Position numbers and translations under genes: made by a program. A stretch of DNA of 64,000 bases from Chrysomallon squamiferum (Eukaryota > Animalia > Mollusca). This document shows, piece by piece, positions 50,686 through 63,448 of the stretch. Where the stretch lies: NCBI GenBank assembly GCA_012295275.1, contig CM022673.1, forward strand, positions 24,180,001 through 24,244,000, written 5' to 3'. Positions within the stretch are counted from its first letter, which is position 1. Every line of letters starts with the position of its first letter. The notes under the pieces are model-generated. The model searched no databases and had not been told where the DNA came from. It worked only from the letters and a program-made list of their open reading frames with translations.

Positions 50686-52596
50686 AATGGTAGATTTACT
50701 TTTTGTTTTTTCTTTTTCGATACTTTTGAATTGTTATTTCAATATATTAAAGAATGAAATTGATAAGAAGGCACAATAAATTATCTGTTTTATAAATAAA
50801 AATATAAAAATGGTGCCAAAGTTCTAAAGTTTAGTGTCAAAAAATTAATTTAGTAACATATTTAGTTTTACTTTTTTCTATTTATTAACAATATTAACAT
50901 CACATAATAATGTTAGTTTTAAAATTTTATGTAATATATCTTTCAAAAACAATACGAAATTGTGATTATCAATAATAATGCAACAAACTATTCACATAGA
51001 ACAGTTATACACCAACAGATTTCAGTTTTAAACATGTGAACCATATATTGAATATTGATAACCCCAAAAACTTTGAATCCAGTTATAAGCGTTTATCAAT
51101 GCCCTAGAAAATAGTATCCAACTGTAGGTAGTCATATCAAGTTTCTCGACCTGTGATCAATGTTAAACTTATTAACTTTTAAAGTTTCAATGTGGTTATT
51201 TATTTATTTATTTGTTTACTTATTTATTTATTTATTCTATCCTGTCTACTTTCCTTATTGTTGTGATAATAAAAAAAATCAGTAAATATAATAATTTATT
51301 GTATCATTTGATAGATTCGGTTTTTTAATATCAGAATTTATTATTTGTATTTGGATTTTATTAATATTCTGAAGTTTATTTGTTTTCAAATTTTCTGGCA
51401 ATTTTCAATTAAATGAATTTTGTTTCTTTCAGAATTGTATATGCATTCAGTACCAGAGTTTTTTCTCTCTTTCTCTGTGTGTGTGCGTGTGTGTGTGTGT
51501 GTATACGAAGCAAAGTAAAAATCATATCGAGTAGACCTCTCTCCCTTCAGTGATATGTGTTTACAAACATTGATCAGAGTTAGGTCCCTTACGTGAGATG
51601 TACTCACTAAGCAAAGTAAAAATTATATCGAATAGACTTATCTCCCTTCAGTGATATGTGTTAACAAACATTGATTAGAGTTAGGTCCATTACGTGATAG
51701 TAAATTAGAAATGACAAAGAACTACAGGATGGAAATAGAATCTAGAGATGTCCTGGATGTTTTGGACAAAGCACTGATCCCCTACAGACTTATTCCTTCA
51801 GTGATATGTGTTTGAGCGTGAGATGTACTCACTAAGCTTACGTACTTTAATTATCCGATAAATGAAAAATCCAAAAACGCCGAGCGTCGATCGTTTTAAA
51901 ATTTCAACGTGGTTTTTTTTTTATTTATACTCACCTGTCTACTTTGCTTATTATAATAAAATAATAAGTAAATAAAATAAAATCAAAATATTATTATGAA
52001 TTAGATTCTTCAGCCTACAGAAAAAAATATTAATCATTTTTACTCGAATATGAGGAACCAACAAACAAAATAAAAGTTACAGTTATTTTTTCTGTGAAGA
52101 GCCCAAACCTTTTTATTGTCTTAATCAAGTAACAAATATATGTTCAGACTGTACAAGATATTCCAAGATATAATAATATCTTCATCAAAGAATAGTTGAA
52201 GACATTTTTTAATATACAGAGTAGAAAGAGTTTGAAACAGAAACCGTTAGACAACAACAAACGTTTACCAGAAACCTTATCATATAGTACAATTACATAT
52301 CAACAGATTTCAGTTTTATACACGTCAAACACATATATTTATATTGATAACCCAAAAGACTTTTAATCCACTTCCCAGCGTTTATCAATGCCCTAGTAAA
52401 TGCAATCCATCTGAAAATAGATATATCAAGTTTGTGGACGTGTGATCAACCTTAAAGTGAAATCAGAATATGTTTCTTTCTTAATTATTTGTGATGTTAC
52501 TTGAGTGTAATATATATAATTTATTTTTCTGTTCGAAGTATTTACATTGTTTGCATTTCACTTATTAAATAGGATCCAGAACGACTTTTTGTAACT

Positions 52597-52672
52597 TCCC
52601 AAGTGGTCTAGTGGTTAGATTTTTCGCGCTCTCACCGTGACGTCCATGGGGTTCGATTTCATAATTTGGGAA
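52597..52672 (+). pseudogene. Degenerate tRNA-Glu with indels
   Basis: TCCCAAGTGGTCTAGTGGTTAGATTTTTCGCGCTCTCACC... T stem destroyed. Confidence 0.8.
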
Positions 52673-53351
52673 AATGGTAGATTTAATTTTTTTTTTATTT
52701 TTCGATACTTTTGAATTGTTATTTCAATATATTTAAAGAATGAAATTGATAAGAAGGCACAATAAATTATCTGTTTTATAAATAAAAATATAAAAATGGT
52801 GCCAATAATTTACATATTCTAAAGTTTAGTGAAAAAAAAAAATTAATTTAGTAACATATTTAGTTTTATTTTTTTCTATTTATTAACAATATTAACATCA
52901 CATAAGAATGTTAGATTTAAAATTTTATGTAATATATCTTTCTAAAACAATACGAAATTGTGATTATCAATTAATTTCCCAACAATAATAATGCAACAAA
53001 CTACTCACATAGAACAATTATATAGCAACAGATTTCAGTTTTAAAGACGTGAACCATATATTGAATATTGATAACCCGATTTGGAAAAAACTTTTAATCC
53101 AGTTATAAGCGTTTATCAATGCCCTAGAAAATAGAATCCAACTGTAGGTAGTCATATCAAGTTTCTCGACCTGTGATCAATGTTAAACTGAAATAACAAT
53201 ATGTTTCTTTCTTAATTATTTGTGATGTTACTTGAGTGTAATATATAAACTCTGTCTATAACAATATAATTGTTGTGATTTATTTTTCTGTTCGAATTAT
53301 TCACCTTGTTTGGTTCAATTGTTAAACAGTATCCAGACGGTATTTGTAACT

Positions 53352-53423
53352 TCCCAAGTGGTCTAGTGGTTAGGATTTCGCGCTCTCACCGCGACGGCCG
53401 GGGTTCGATTCCCCGTTTGGGAA
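53352..53423 (+). tRNA. tRNA-Glu(CTC), intact
   Basis: Identical to 2821-2892. Confidence 0.95.
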
Positions 53424-54068
53424 AACGTTTATTTTGGTTTTTCCTTCTTTCTTTCGATACTTTTGAATTGTTATTTCAATATATTAAAGAAAGAAATTGA
53501 TAAGAAGTAACATTAATTTATCTGTTTTATAAATAAAAATATAAAAATGGTGCCAATGTTCTAAAGTTTAATATCAACAAATTAATTTAGTAATATATTT
53601 AATTTTAGCTTTTTTTACATTAAAGAATGAAATTATAAGAAGCAACAATAATGAATGTTTTATAAATAAAATTATATCTATCTATCTATCTATCTTTCTA
53701 CAATCATATCGATTAGACTTATCTCCCTATAGTGATATGTGCTCACAAACATGGATTATAGTTAGGCCCTTACATGAGATGTACTCACTAAGCAAAGTAA
53801 AAATTATATCGATTAGACTTATCTCCCTTTAGTGATTTGTGTTCACAAACATAGATTAGAGTTAGGTCCCTTACGTGAGATGTACTCACTAAGCCTATTA
53901 AAAATTATCGATTAGACTTATCTCCCTTTAGTGAGATGTGTTCACAAACATAGATTAGAGTTATGTCCCTTACGTGAGATGTACTCACTAAGCTTACGTA
54001 CGCTAATTATCCGATAAATGGAACCTCCAAAAACATCGAGCTTCGATCGTTTTAAAGTTTCAATGTGG

Positions 54069-54099
<31 letters not shown>

Positions 54100-55433
54100 T
54101 TCTATCCTGTCTACTTTCCTTATTGTTGTGATAATAAAAAAAATCAGTAAATATAATAATTTATTGTATCATTTGATAGATTCGATTTTTTAATATCAGA
54201 ATTTATTATTTCTTTTTGGATTTTATTAATATTCTGAAGTTTATTTGTTTTCAAATTTTCTGGCAATTTTCAATTAAATGAATTTTGTTTCTTTCAGAAT
54301 TGTATATGCATTCAGTACCAGAGTTTTTTCTCTCTTTCTCTGTGTGTGTGTGTCCGTATACGAAGCAAAATAAAAATCATATCGAGTAGACTTATCTCGC
54401 TTTAGTGATGTGTGCTCACAAACATAGATTAGAGTTAGGTCCCTTACGTGAGATGTACTCACTAAGAAAAGTAAAAATAATATCGAATAGACTTCTCTCC
54501 CTTTAGTGATATGTGTTAACAAACATTGATTAGAGTTAGGTCCCTTACGTGAGATGTACTCACTAAGCAAAGTAAAAATTATATCGAATAGACTTATCTC
54601 CCTTCAGTGATATGTGTTAACAAACATTGATTAGAGTTAGGTCCCTTACGTGAGATGTACTCACTAAGCTTACGTACTTTAATTATCCGATAAATGAAAC
54701 CTCCAAAAACGCCGAGCTTCGATCATTTTAAAGTTTCAACGTGGTTCTTTTTTTATTTATACTCACCTGTCTACTTTGCTTATTGTTGTTATAATAAAAT
54801 AATAAGTAAATAAAATAAAATATAAATATTATTATTAATTAAATTCTTCAGCCTACAGAATAAAATATTAATCATTTTTACTCAAATATGAGGAACCAAC
54901 AAACAAAATAAAAGTTACAGTTATTTTTTCTGTGAAGAGCCCAAACCTTTTTATTGTCTTAATCAAATAACAAATATATGTTCAGACTGTACAAGATATT
55001 CCAAGATATAATAATATCTTCATCAAAGAATAGTTGAAGACATTTTTTAATATACAGAGTAGAAAGAGTTTGAAACAGAAACCGTTAGACAACAACAAAC
55101 GTTTACCAGAAAACTGATCATATAGTACAATTACATATCAACAGATTTCAGTTTTATACATGTCAAACACATATATTTATATTGATAACCCAAAAGACTT
55201 TTAATCCATTTCCCAGCGTTTATCAATGCCCTAGTAAATGCAATCCATCTGTAAATAGATATATCAAGTTTGTGGACGTGTGATCAACCTTAAAGTGAAA
55301 TCAGAATATGTTTCTTTCTTAATTATTTGTGATGTTACTTGAGTGTAATATATATAATTTATTTTTCTGTTCGAAGTATTTACATTGTTTGCATTTCAGT
55401 TATTAAATAGGATCCAGAACAACATTTGTAACT

Positions 55434-55505
55434 TCCCAAGTGGTCTAGTGGTTAGGATTTCGCGCTCTCACCGCGACGTCCGGGGTTCGATTGACCGCTT
55501 GGGAA
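55434..55505 (+). tRNA. tRNA-Glu(CTC) variant 'B'
   Basis: Identical to 2090-2161 including the GACCG T-stem change. Confidence 0.75.
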
Positions 55506-56150
55506 AATGGTAGATTTACTTTTTGTTTTTTCTTTTTCGATACTTTTGAATTGTTATTTCAATATATTAAAGAATGAAATTGATAAGAAGGCACAATAAA
55601 TTATCTGTTTTATAAATAAAAATATAAAAATGGTGCCAATGTTCTAAAGTTTAGTGTCAAAAAATTAATTTAGTAACATATTTAGTTTTACTTTTTTCTA
55701 TTTATTAACAATATTAACATCACATAATAATGTTAGTTTTAAAATTTTATGTAATATATCTTTCTAAAACAATACGAAATTGTGATTATCAATAATAATG
55801 CAACAAACTATTCACATAGAACAATTATATACCAACAGATTTCAGTTTTAAACATGTGAACCATATATTCAATATTGATAACCCCAAAAACTTTGAATCC
55901 AGTTATAAGCGTTTATCAATGCCCTAGAAAATAGAATCCAACTGTAGGTAGTCATATCAAGTTTCTCGACTGTGATCAATGTTAAACTGAAAGAGCAATA
56001 TGTTTCTTTCTTAATTATTTGTGATGTTACTTGAGTGTACTATATACACACTGTCTATAATAATATAATTGTTGTGATTTATTTTTCTGTTCGAATTATT
56101 CACCTTGTTTGGTTCAATTGTTAAACAGTATCCAGACGGTATTTGTAACT

Positions 56151-56222
56151 TCCCAAGTGGTCTAGTGGTTAGGATTTCGCGCTCTCACCGCGACGGCCGG
56201 GGTTCGATTCCCCGTTTGGGAA
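56151..56222 (+). tRNA. tRNA-Glu(CTC), intact
   Basis: Identical to the A type. Confidence 0.95.
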
Positions 56223-56946
56223 AACGTTTATTTTGGTTTTTCCTTCTTTCTTTCGATACCTTTGAATTGTTATTTCAATATATTAAAGAAAGAAATTGAT
56301 AAGATGGTATAACAATTTACCTGTGTTTCACAAATGTATAAATATTGTCTAGCTGAAAAGTAAAGAACATATACATATATATATATTTATATACACACAA
56401 ACAGAATGCCTTAGAAAATAAAAATATAAAAATGGTGCCAATGTTCTAAAGTTTAGTTTCAAAAAATTAATTTAGTAACATATTTAGTTTTACTTTTTTC
56501 TATTTATTAACAATATTAACATCACATAATAATGTTAGTTTTAAAATTTTATGTAATATATCTTTCTAAAACAATACGAAATTGTGATTATCAATAATAA
56601 TGCAACAAACTATTCACATAGAACAGTTATACACCAACAGATTTCAGTTTTAAACATGTGAACCATATATTGATAACCCCAAAAACTTTGAATCCAGTTA
56701 TAAGCGTTTATCAATGCCCTAGAAAATAGAATCCAACTGTAGGTAGTCATATCAAGTTTCTCGACCTGTGATCAATGTTAAACTGAAATAACAATATGTT
56801 TCTTTCTTAATTATTTGTGATGTTACTTGAGTGTAATATATACACTCTGTCTATAACAATATAATTGTTGTGATTTATTTTTCTGTTCGAATTATTCACC
56901 TTGTTTGGTTCAATTGTTAAACAGTATCCAGACGGTATTTGTAACT

Positions 56947-57018
56947 TCCCAAGTGGTCTAGTGGTTAGGATTTCGCGCTCTCACCGCGACGGCCGGGGTT
57001 CGATTCCCCGTTTGGGAA
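56947..57018 (+). tRNA. tRNA-Glu(CTC), intact
   Basis: Identical to the A type. Confidence 0.95.
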
Positions 57019-58057
57019 AACGTTTATTTTGGTTTTTCCTTCTTTCTTTCGATACTTTTGAATTTTTATTTCAATATATTAAAGAAAGAAATTGATAAGA
57101 TGGTATAACAATTTATCTGAGTTTGACAAATGTATAAATATCGTCTAGCTGAAAAGAAAAGAACATATACATATATATATATTTATATACACACAAACAC
57201 ACACACACACACACATAGGTATATATGTATATTATGTATGCGCATGGCTGTAACTGAACTCTGAAATGAGGCAAAATCCTGTATGATGTCTGATGTTGAT
57301 GGTTATGAAGTCAGTTTTGTCATTCATCGCGACGATGTTGGTAGACATCAAACGGTAACCGTACACATAAACGAATTCATTCAGTGGATATCGTTTCAGT
57401 CGGATTATAAATTTATAGTTCATGTTTTTTCGAATAAAATCTTTGTATAAAATAAAAAAAAATAAAAAATTAAACAAATTTATAAAATTAAAAATTGTCA
57501 CTGAAGGTATATTAGACTGGCTAGATACTTATCTACACTTGTGATTCGGTAGCTGTATATCAAACTAAATTATGGATATATTTAATGGCGTCCATTTTCC
57601 ATTGGCCATTACCGTTATAATACTCAGATGTGTTAACAAAGTGTGAAACTTTGGAACCCAGATGAACATATAAATGTCATAAGCTGGCCTAATTTGCGAC
57701 TGTGCCTAACAAAGAAATTAAATCATTTTTTATTGAGAAACGTTATTCGTTTTACAATTTTAGATTCATTTGATGAGCTATCGAAAACTGTAAATAATAA
57801 GTTTTCTTTATCTTCCGTTGGTGAACGTTGGTTTGGTTTTCCTTTAACTGCATTAAAGTATTCGATCGAATTCTCCACCTCTGTAATAACAGATCCACGG
57901 TATTCAGGTTAGTAGTAAGTAAAACTGTCTAATCTGCATACTTTAGCAACAGAACATTTATAAATATTTATATTATCCATTTTCTTACATCGTCATTCTC
58001 AAATTGTCAGATGTTTTTTGCATGTATCTGTTTTAAATCATTATTATTATTATTATT

Positions 58058-58102
<45 letters not shown>

Positions 58103-58524
58103 ATTGCTGTTGTTTTTATTTTATTATTATTATTATTGTTATTGTTGTTGTTGTTGTTGTTATTATTATTAGTTGTATTAGTATTACGTAGGATTATACA
58201 TCAGAGAGAGACTGAAAAGAATTACGACTTTAAAACTTTCTATTTTCTATTAGCCAAAAATGGCGTCTCTTTCATCAATTTTTAATATTTTGGACTTGGA
58301 TGTTTCCGATTTTATCTTTTCATGTTATATTTTATTTATAAAACTAATAATATTATAGTGTTGTAATATTAAACTATTACAATTTTAAATATTTGCGACT
58401 GACTGGGATTCTGCACAGTTATGTTAATTTATTTCTTTGTGTATTGTATTATTAATGTTATAAATAATGTCATTTATTTTTCTCCAGACCATTAAAATAA
58501 GAAAAAAAAGAAGAAAAGAAACAA

Positions 58525-59117
58525 ATGAACAACATTTCTCTTTTGGCTTTTGTTATCGCTGTATTAGTAACACGAATTCAGTCTTGGCTAATATCGACGT
58601 CTTCACCAGGTATTTATTTCTTTTTTCTTATGAAGTATAGCTTTGATTACACAAATAAACAGCCTACACACATTTCTGAACCCCTTACCGATGATTGTTT
58701 TAATATTGTTACGTGTACACAGATAGGAATCAGGTAAATGCATGGATCGATAGATAATATATATATATATATATATATATATGTTAATGTTGAAATACAG
58801 CTGTATGCGGTCAGAGCACCTACAATCCAAGGTACAGCATGTGGTGCGCTGGAAACGTTGTCCCCAGGACAGGAATAACTTCTGCATGTTGTGGCAAACG
58901 AAGTTATGACGGAACGTACCAAATATGCTGCGGGGGAAACGTTGCGGAAACAACAGGAATAAGTTTTGCCTGTTGTGGACCATGAAGTTACGATGCGTCA
59001 TTAAAAATGTGCTGCGGGGGAAACGTCTTCTTCATAAGAGGATATCGTCCTGCATGTTGTGGAAAGCAAGGTTATGATGCAACATACCACAAGTGCTGCA
59101 ATGGTCGTATTTGCTAG
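58525..59117 (+). pseudogene. Galaxin-like G9, premature stop (exons 58525-58609, 58801-59117)
   Basis: CGA-to-TGA at 58983-58985 (CpG transition) and MWC replacing MCC; exon lengths normal. Confidence 0.85.
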
Positions 59118-60058
59118 AAGAAGACAAGTACGAATTCAAAACTTGCAGAATTGTTCTATAGAAGAATGCTAATATATTAAAATAAGTATAATGTTTTTCA
59201 TTGATTGCCTGTGACATTCTGTTCTCATTTTCAAATTGACAGTCGAATTTTGAAGCAAGAAAAGAAAGAAAAACACAGCTAATAACAAAATATAATTATT
59301 CTATTCGAAGTTCGTGGAAATATATTTGAATTTGAATCATACAGTCAATGACGTCATTAGCAAATATCAGCAAAATAGTGAGTTTACAATGCACTTATTT
59401 TACAACACAGTAAGAACATGTTAATATTTTTATATACTGTCGATGTGTATATTACTTATCTTATGCAAGGTAAACTACTTCTTCTTTCTCGATACATTTC
59501 AATTCTTATTTCAATCTATTAAAGAAAGCAATTGATAATAAATAACAATAATTTATCTGTTTTATACACAAAAATATATAAATGGTGCCAATAAATTAAC
59601 TTCTTAAGATATTTATTAGCAATATTAACATCACGTAATATTGTTAGTTTTAAAATTTTATGTAACATATCTTTCTAAAACAATACGAAATTGTGATTAT
59701 GAATAATTTCCCAACAATAATAATGTCACAAACTATTCATACAGTACAGATGTCAGTTTTAGAAATGTCAACCATATACTGATAACCCCAAACACTTTTA
59801 GTCCATTTCCAAGCGTTTATCCATGCCCTAGAAAATGGAATCCTCCTGTAGATAGACATATCAAGTTTGTCGACCTTTGATCAATGTTAAAGTGAAATAA
59901 AAATAAGTTTTTTTCTTAATAATTTGATGTTACTTGAGTGTAATATATACACTGTGTCTACTGTCTATAACAGTATAATTGTAGTGATTTATTTTTCTGT
60001 TCGAAGTATTCACCTTGTTTGCTTTTCAGTTCTTAAATAATATCCAGAGCACGAATTT

Positions 60059-60122
60059 CAAGTGGTCTAGTGATTAGGATTTCTCGCTCTCACCACGACG
60101 GCTGGGGTTCGATTACCCCCTT
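60059..60122 (+). pseudogene. Degenerate tRNA-Glu
   Basis: Mirror of the 23215 copy (CGAATTTCAAGTGG start, GTGATTAGG); 3' end lost. Confidence 0.8.
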
Positions 60123-60261
60123 TGTTTTACTTTTTCTTTCATCTTTTTTGATACCTATGAGTTGTTACTTCAGTATATTAAAGAAAGAAATTGGTAAGAT
60201 GGAATAACAATTTATCTGTGTTTGACATGTGTATATATTTTTTTCTACCTCAAAAGAAAAC

Positions 60262-60310
<49 letters not shown>

Positions 60311-61634
60311 GTATATATGTATATTATGTATATACATGGCTGTAACTGAACTCTGAAATGAGACAAAAACCTGTTTGATGTCTGATGTTGATGGTTTTGA
60401 AATCAGTTTCGTCATTCATCGCCACGATGTTGGTGGATATCAAACGCTAATCGTACACATAAACGAATTCATTCAGTGGATATCGTTTCAATCGGATTAT
60501 AAATTTATAGTTTATGTTTTTTGGAATAAAATCTTTGTATAAAAGAAAAAAATTATAAAAAATTAAAAAATTAAACAAATTTATAAAACTAAAAATCGTC
60601 ACTGAAGGTATGTTAGACTGGCTTGATACATATCTACACTTGTGATTCGATAGCTGTATATCAAACTAAATTGTGGACATATTTAATGGCGTACATGTGT
60701 AGGCACGTGCAGATGCGCAAAATTTGTCCACCTATTGGAGTGCTGAAAATTTTCCATTGGCCATTACCGTTATAATACTCAGATGTGTTAACAAAGTGGT
60801 TTTGAACCCAGTTGAATATATAAATGTCATAAGCTGGACTAATTCGCGACTGTGCCTAAGAAAGAAATTAGATCATTTTTTACTTAGAAATGTTAATCGT
60901 TTTACAATTTTAGATTCATTTGATGAGCTATCGAAAACTGAAAAGAATAAGTTTTCTTTTTCTTCGGTTGGTGAACGTTGGTTTGGTTTTGCTTTAACAG
61001 TGTTAAAGTATTCGATCGAATTCTCCACCTCTGTAATAACAGATCCACGGTATTCAGGTTAGTAGTAAGTAAAACTGTCTAATCTGCATAGTTTAGCAAC
61101 AGAACATTTATAAATGTTTATATTATCCATTTTCTTACCTCGTTATTCTAAAATTGTCAGATGTGATATGTTTTTTGCATGTATTTGTTTTAAATCATTA
61201 TTATTATTGTTGTTGTTGTTGTTGTTGTTGTTATTACTGTTGTTTTTGTTTTATTATTATTAATATTGTTATTGTTGTTATTGTTGTTGCTGTTGTTAGT
61301 ATTATGTAGGATTATACATTATAGAGAGACTGAAAAGGATTACGACTTTAAAACTTTCTATTTTCTATAAACCTACAATGGTGTCTCTTTCTTCAATTTT
61401 TAATATTTTGGACTTGGATGTTTCCGATTTTATCTTTTCATGTTATATTTTATTTATAAAACTAATAATATTATAGTGTTGTAATATTAAACTATTACAA
61501 TTTTAAATATTTGCGATTGACTGGGATTCTGCACAGTTATGTTAATTTATTTCTTTGTGTATTGTATTATTAATGTTATAAATAATGTCATTTATTTTTC
61601 TCCAGACCATTAAAAAAAAGAAGAAAAGAAACAA

Positions 61635-62223
61635 ATGAAGAATATTTCTCTTTTGGCTTTTGTTGTCGCTGTATTAGTAACACGAATTCAGTCTTGGCTA
61701 ATATCGACGTCTTCACCAGGTATTTATTTGTTTTTTCTTATGAAGTATAGCTTTGATTACACAAATAAACAGCCTACACGCATTTCTGAACCCTTACAGA
61801 TGATTGTTTTAATATTGTTACGTGTACACAGATAGGAATCAGGTAAATGCATGGATCGATAGATATATATATATATATATATATATATGTTAATGTTGAA
61901 ATACAGCTGTATGCGGTCAGAGCACCTACAGTCCAAGGTTCAGCATGTGCTGCGCTGGAAACGTTGTCCCCAGGACAGGAATAGCTTCTGGATGTTGTGG
62001 TACACGAAGTTATGACGTAACGCACCAAATGTGCTGCGGGGGAAACGTTGCGAACAGAAGAGGAATACGTTTTGCCTGTTGTGGACCACGAAGTTACGAT
62101 GCGTCATTAAAAATGTGCTGCGGGGGAAACGTCGTCTTCATAACAGGATATCGTCCTGCATGTTGTGGAAAGCAAGGTTATGATGCAACATACCACAAGT
62201 GCTGCAATGGTCGTATTTGCTAG
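61635..62223 (+). CDS. Galaxin-like protein G10, 133 aa; exons 61635-61719 and 61907-62223
   Basis: 85+317 nt, CAG|GTATTT and TACAG|CT, open frame, AATAAA at 62286. Confidence 0.87.
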
Positions 62224-63168
62224 AAGAAAACAAGTACGAATTCAAAACTTGCAGCATTGTTCTATAGAAGAATGCTAATATAATTAATAAATATAATGTT
62301 TTTCATTGATTACCTGTAAATTCTGTTCTCATTTTTATATTGACAGTCGAATTTTGAAGCAAGAAAAGAAAGAAAAACACAGCTAATAACAAAATATAAT
62401 TATTCTATTCGAAATTCGAGGAAATATCCTAGAATTTGAATCATACAGTCAATAAAGTCATTAGCAAATATCAGCAAAATAGTGATTTTACAATGCACTT
62501 ATTTTACACCACAGTAAGAACATGTTAATATTTTTATCTACTGTGGATGTGTATCGTACTTATTTTATGCAAGGTAAATTACTTCTTCTTTCTCGATACA
62601 TTTCAATTCTTATTTCAATATATTAAAGAAAGGAATTGATAATAAGTAACAATAATGTATCTGTTTTATACATTAAAAATATATAAATGGTGCCAATAAA
62701 TTAACTTCTTAAGATATTTATTAGCAATATTAACATCACATAATATTGTTAGTTTTAAAATTTTATGTAACATATCTTTCTAAACCAATGCGAAATTGTG
62801 ATTATGAATAATTTCCCAACAATAATAATGTCACAAACTATTCATACAGTACAGATGTCAGTTTTAGAAATGTCAACCATATATTGATAACCCCAAACAT
62901 TTTTAATCCATTTACAAGCGTTTATCCATGCCCTAGAAAATGGAATCCTCCTGTAGATAGACATATCAAGTTTGTCGACCTTTGATCAATGTTAAATTGA
63001 AATAAAAATATGTTTTTTTCTTAATTATTTGATGTTACTTGAGTGTAATATATACACTGTGTCTACTGTCTATAACAGTATAATTGTAGTGATTTATTTT
63101 TCTGTTCGAAGTATTCACCTTGTTTGCTTTTCAGTTCTTAAATAATATCCAGACCAGGAATTTTAACT

Positions 63169-63227
63169 TCCCAAGTGGACTAGTGGTTAGGATTTCGCGG
63201 GCCGGGGTTCGATTACCCGCTTGGGAA
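63169..63227 (+). pseudogene. tRNA-Glu with nt 32-44 (anticodon loop and 3' stem) deleted
   Basis: ...GGATTTCGCG|GGCCGGGG...; CTCTCACCGCGAC missing; followed by the upstream region of an 11th galaxin-like unit running off the window. Confidence 0.88.
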
Positions 63228-63395
63228 AATGTTTGATTTACTTTTTCTTTCATCTTTTTCGATACCTATGAGTCGTTACTTCAGTATATTAAAGAAAGAA
63301 ATTGATAAGATGGAATAACAATTTATCTGTGTTTGACAAATGTATAAATATTGTCTAGCTAAAAAGAAAAGAACATATACATATATATATATATT

Positions 63396-63448
<53 letters not shown>

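Larger units (their letters stand above)
48599..57018 (+). repeat. tRNA-Glu higher-order repeat array (~3 units, one internally deleted at ~51170) with 100-bp repeat clusters
   Basis: Clusters at ~48937-49229, 49666-49856, 51524-51837, 53707-53993, 54380-54668; collinear with 1-2892. Confidence 0.9.

Noticed and set aside
57643-57912. Repeated ~89-112-aa ORF upstream of the galaxin-like genes
   Set aside because: Non-ATG start, frameshifted in most units, no recognisable domain; likely promoter-region sequence
58983-58985. In-frame TGA as selenocysteine
   Set aside because: Replaces Arg (CGA) rather than Cys, is a typical CpG transition, and the same copy has also lost a Cys
61800-61842. 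Conserved intronic CAG|GTAAAT as donor of a coding micro-exon
   Set aside because: Available acceptors give 43, 11 or 7 nt, none of which preserves frame; direct splicing already yields an open frame
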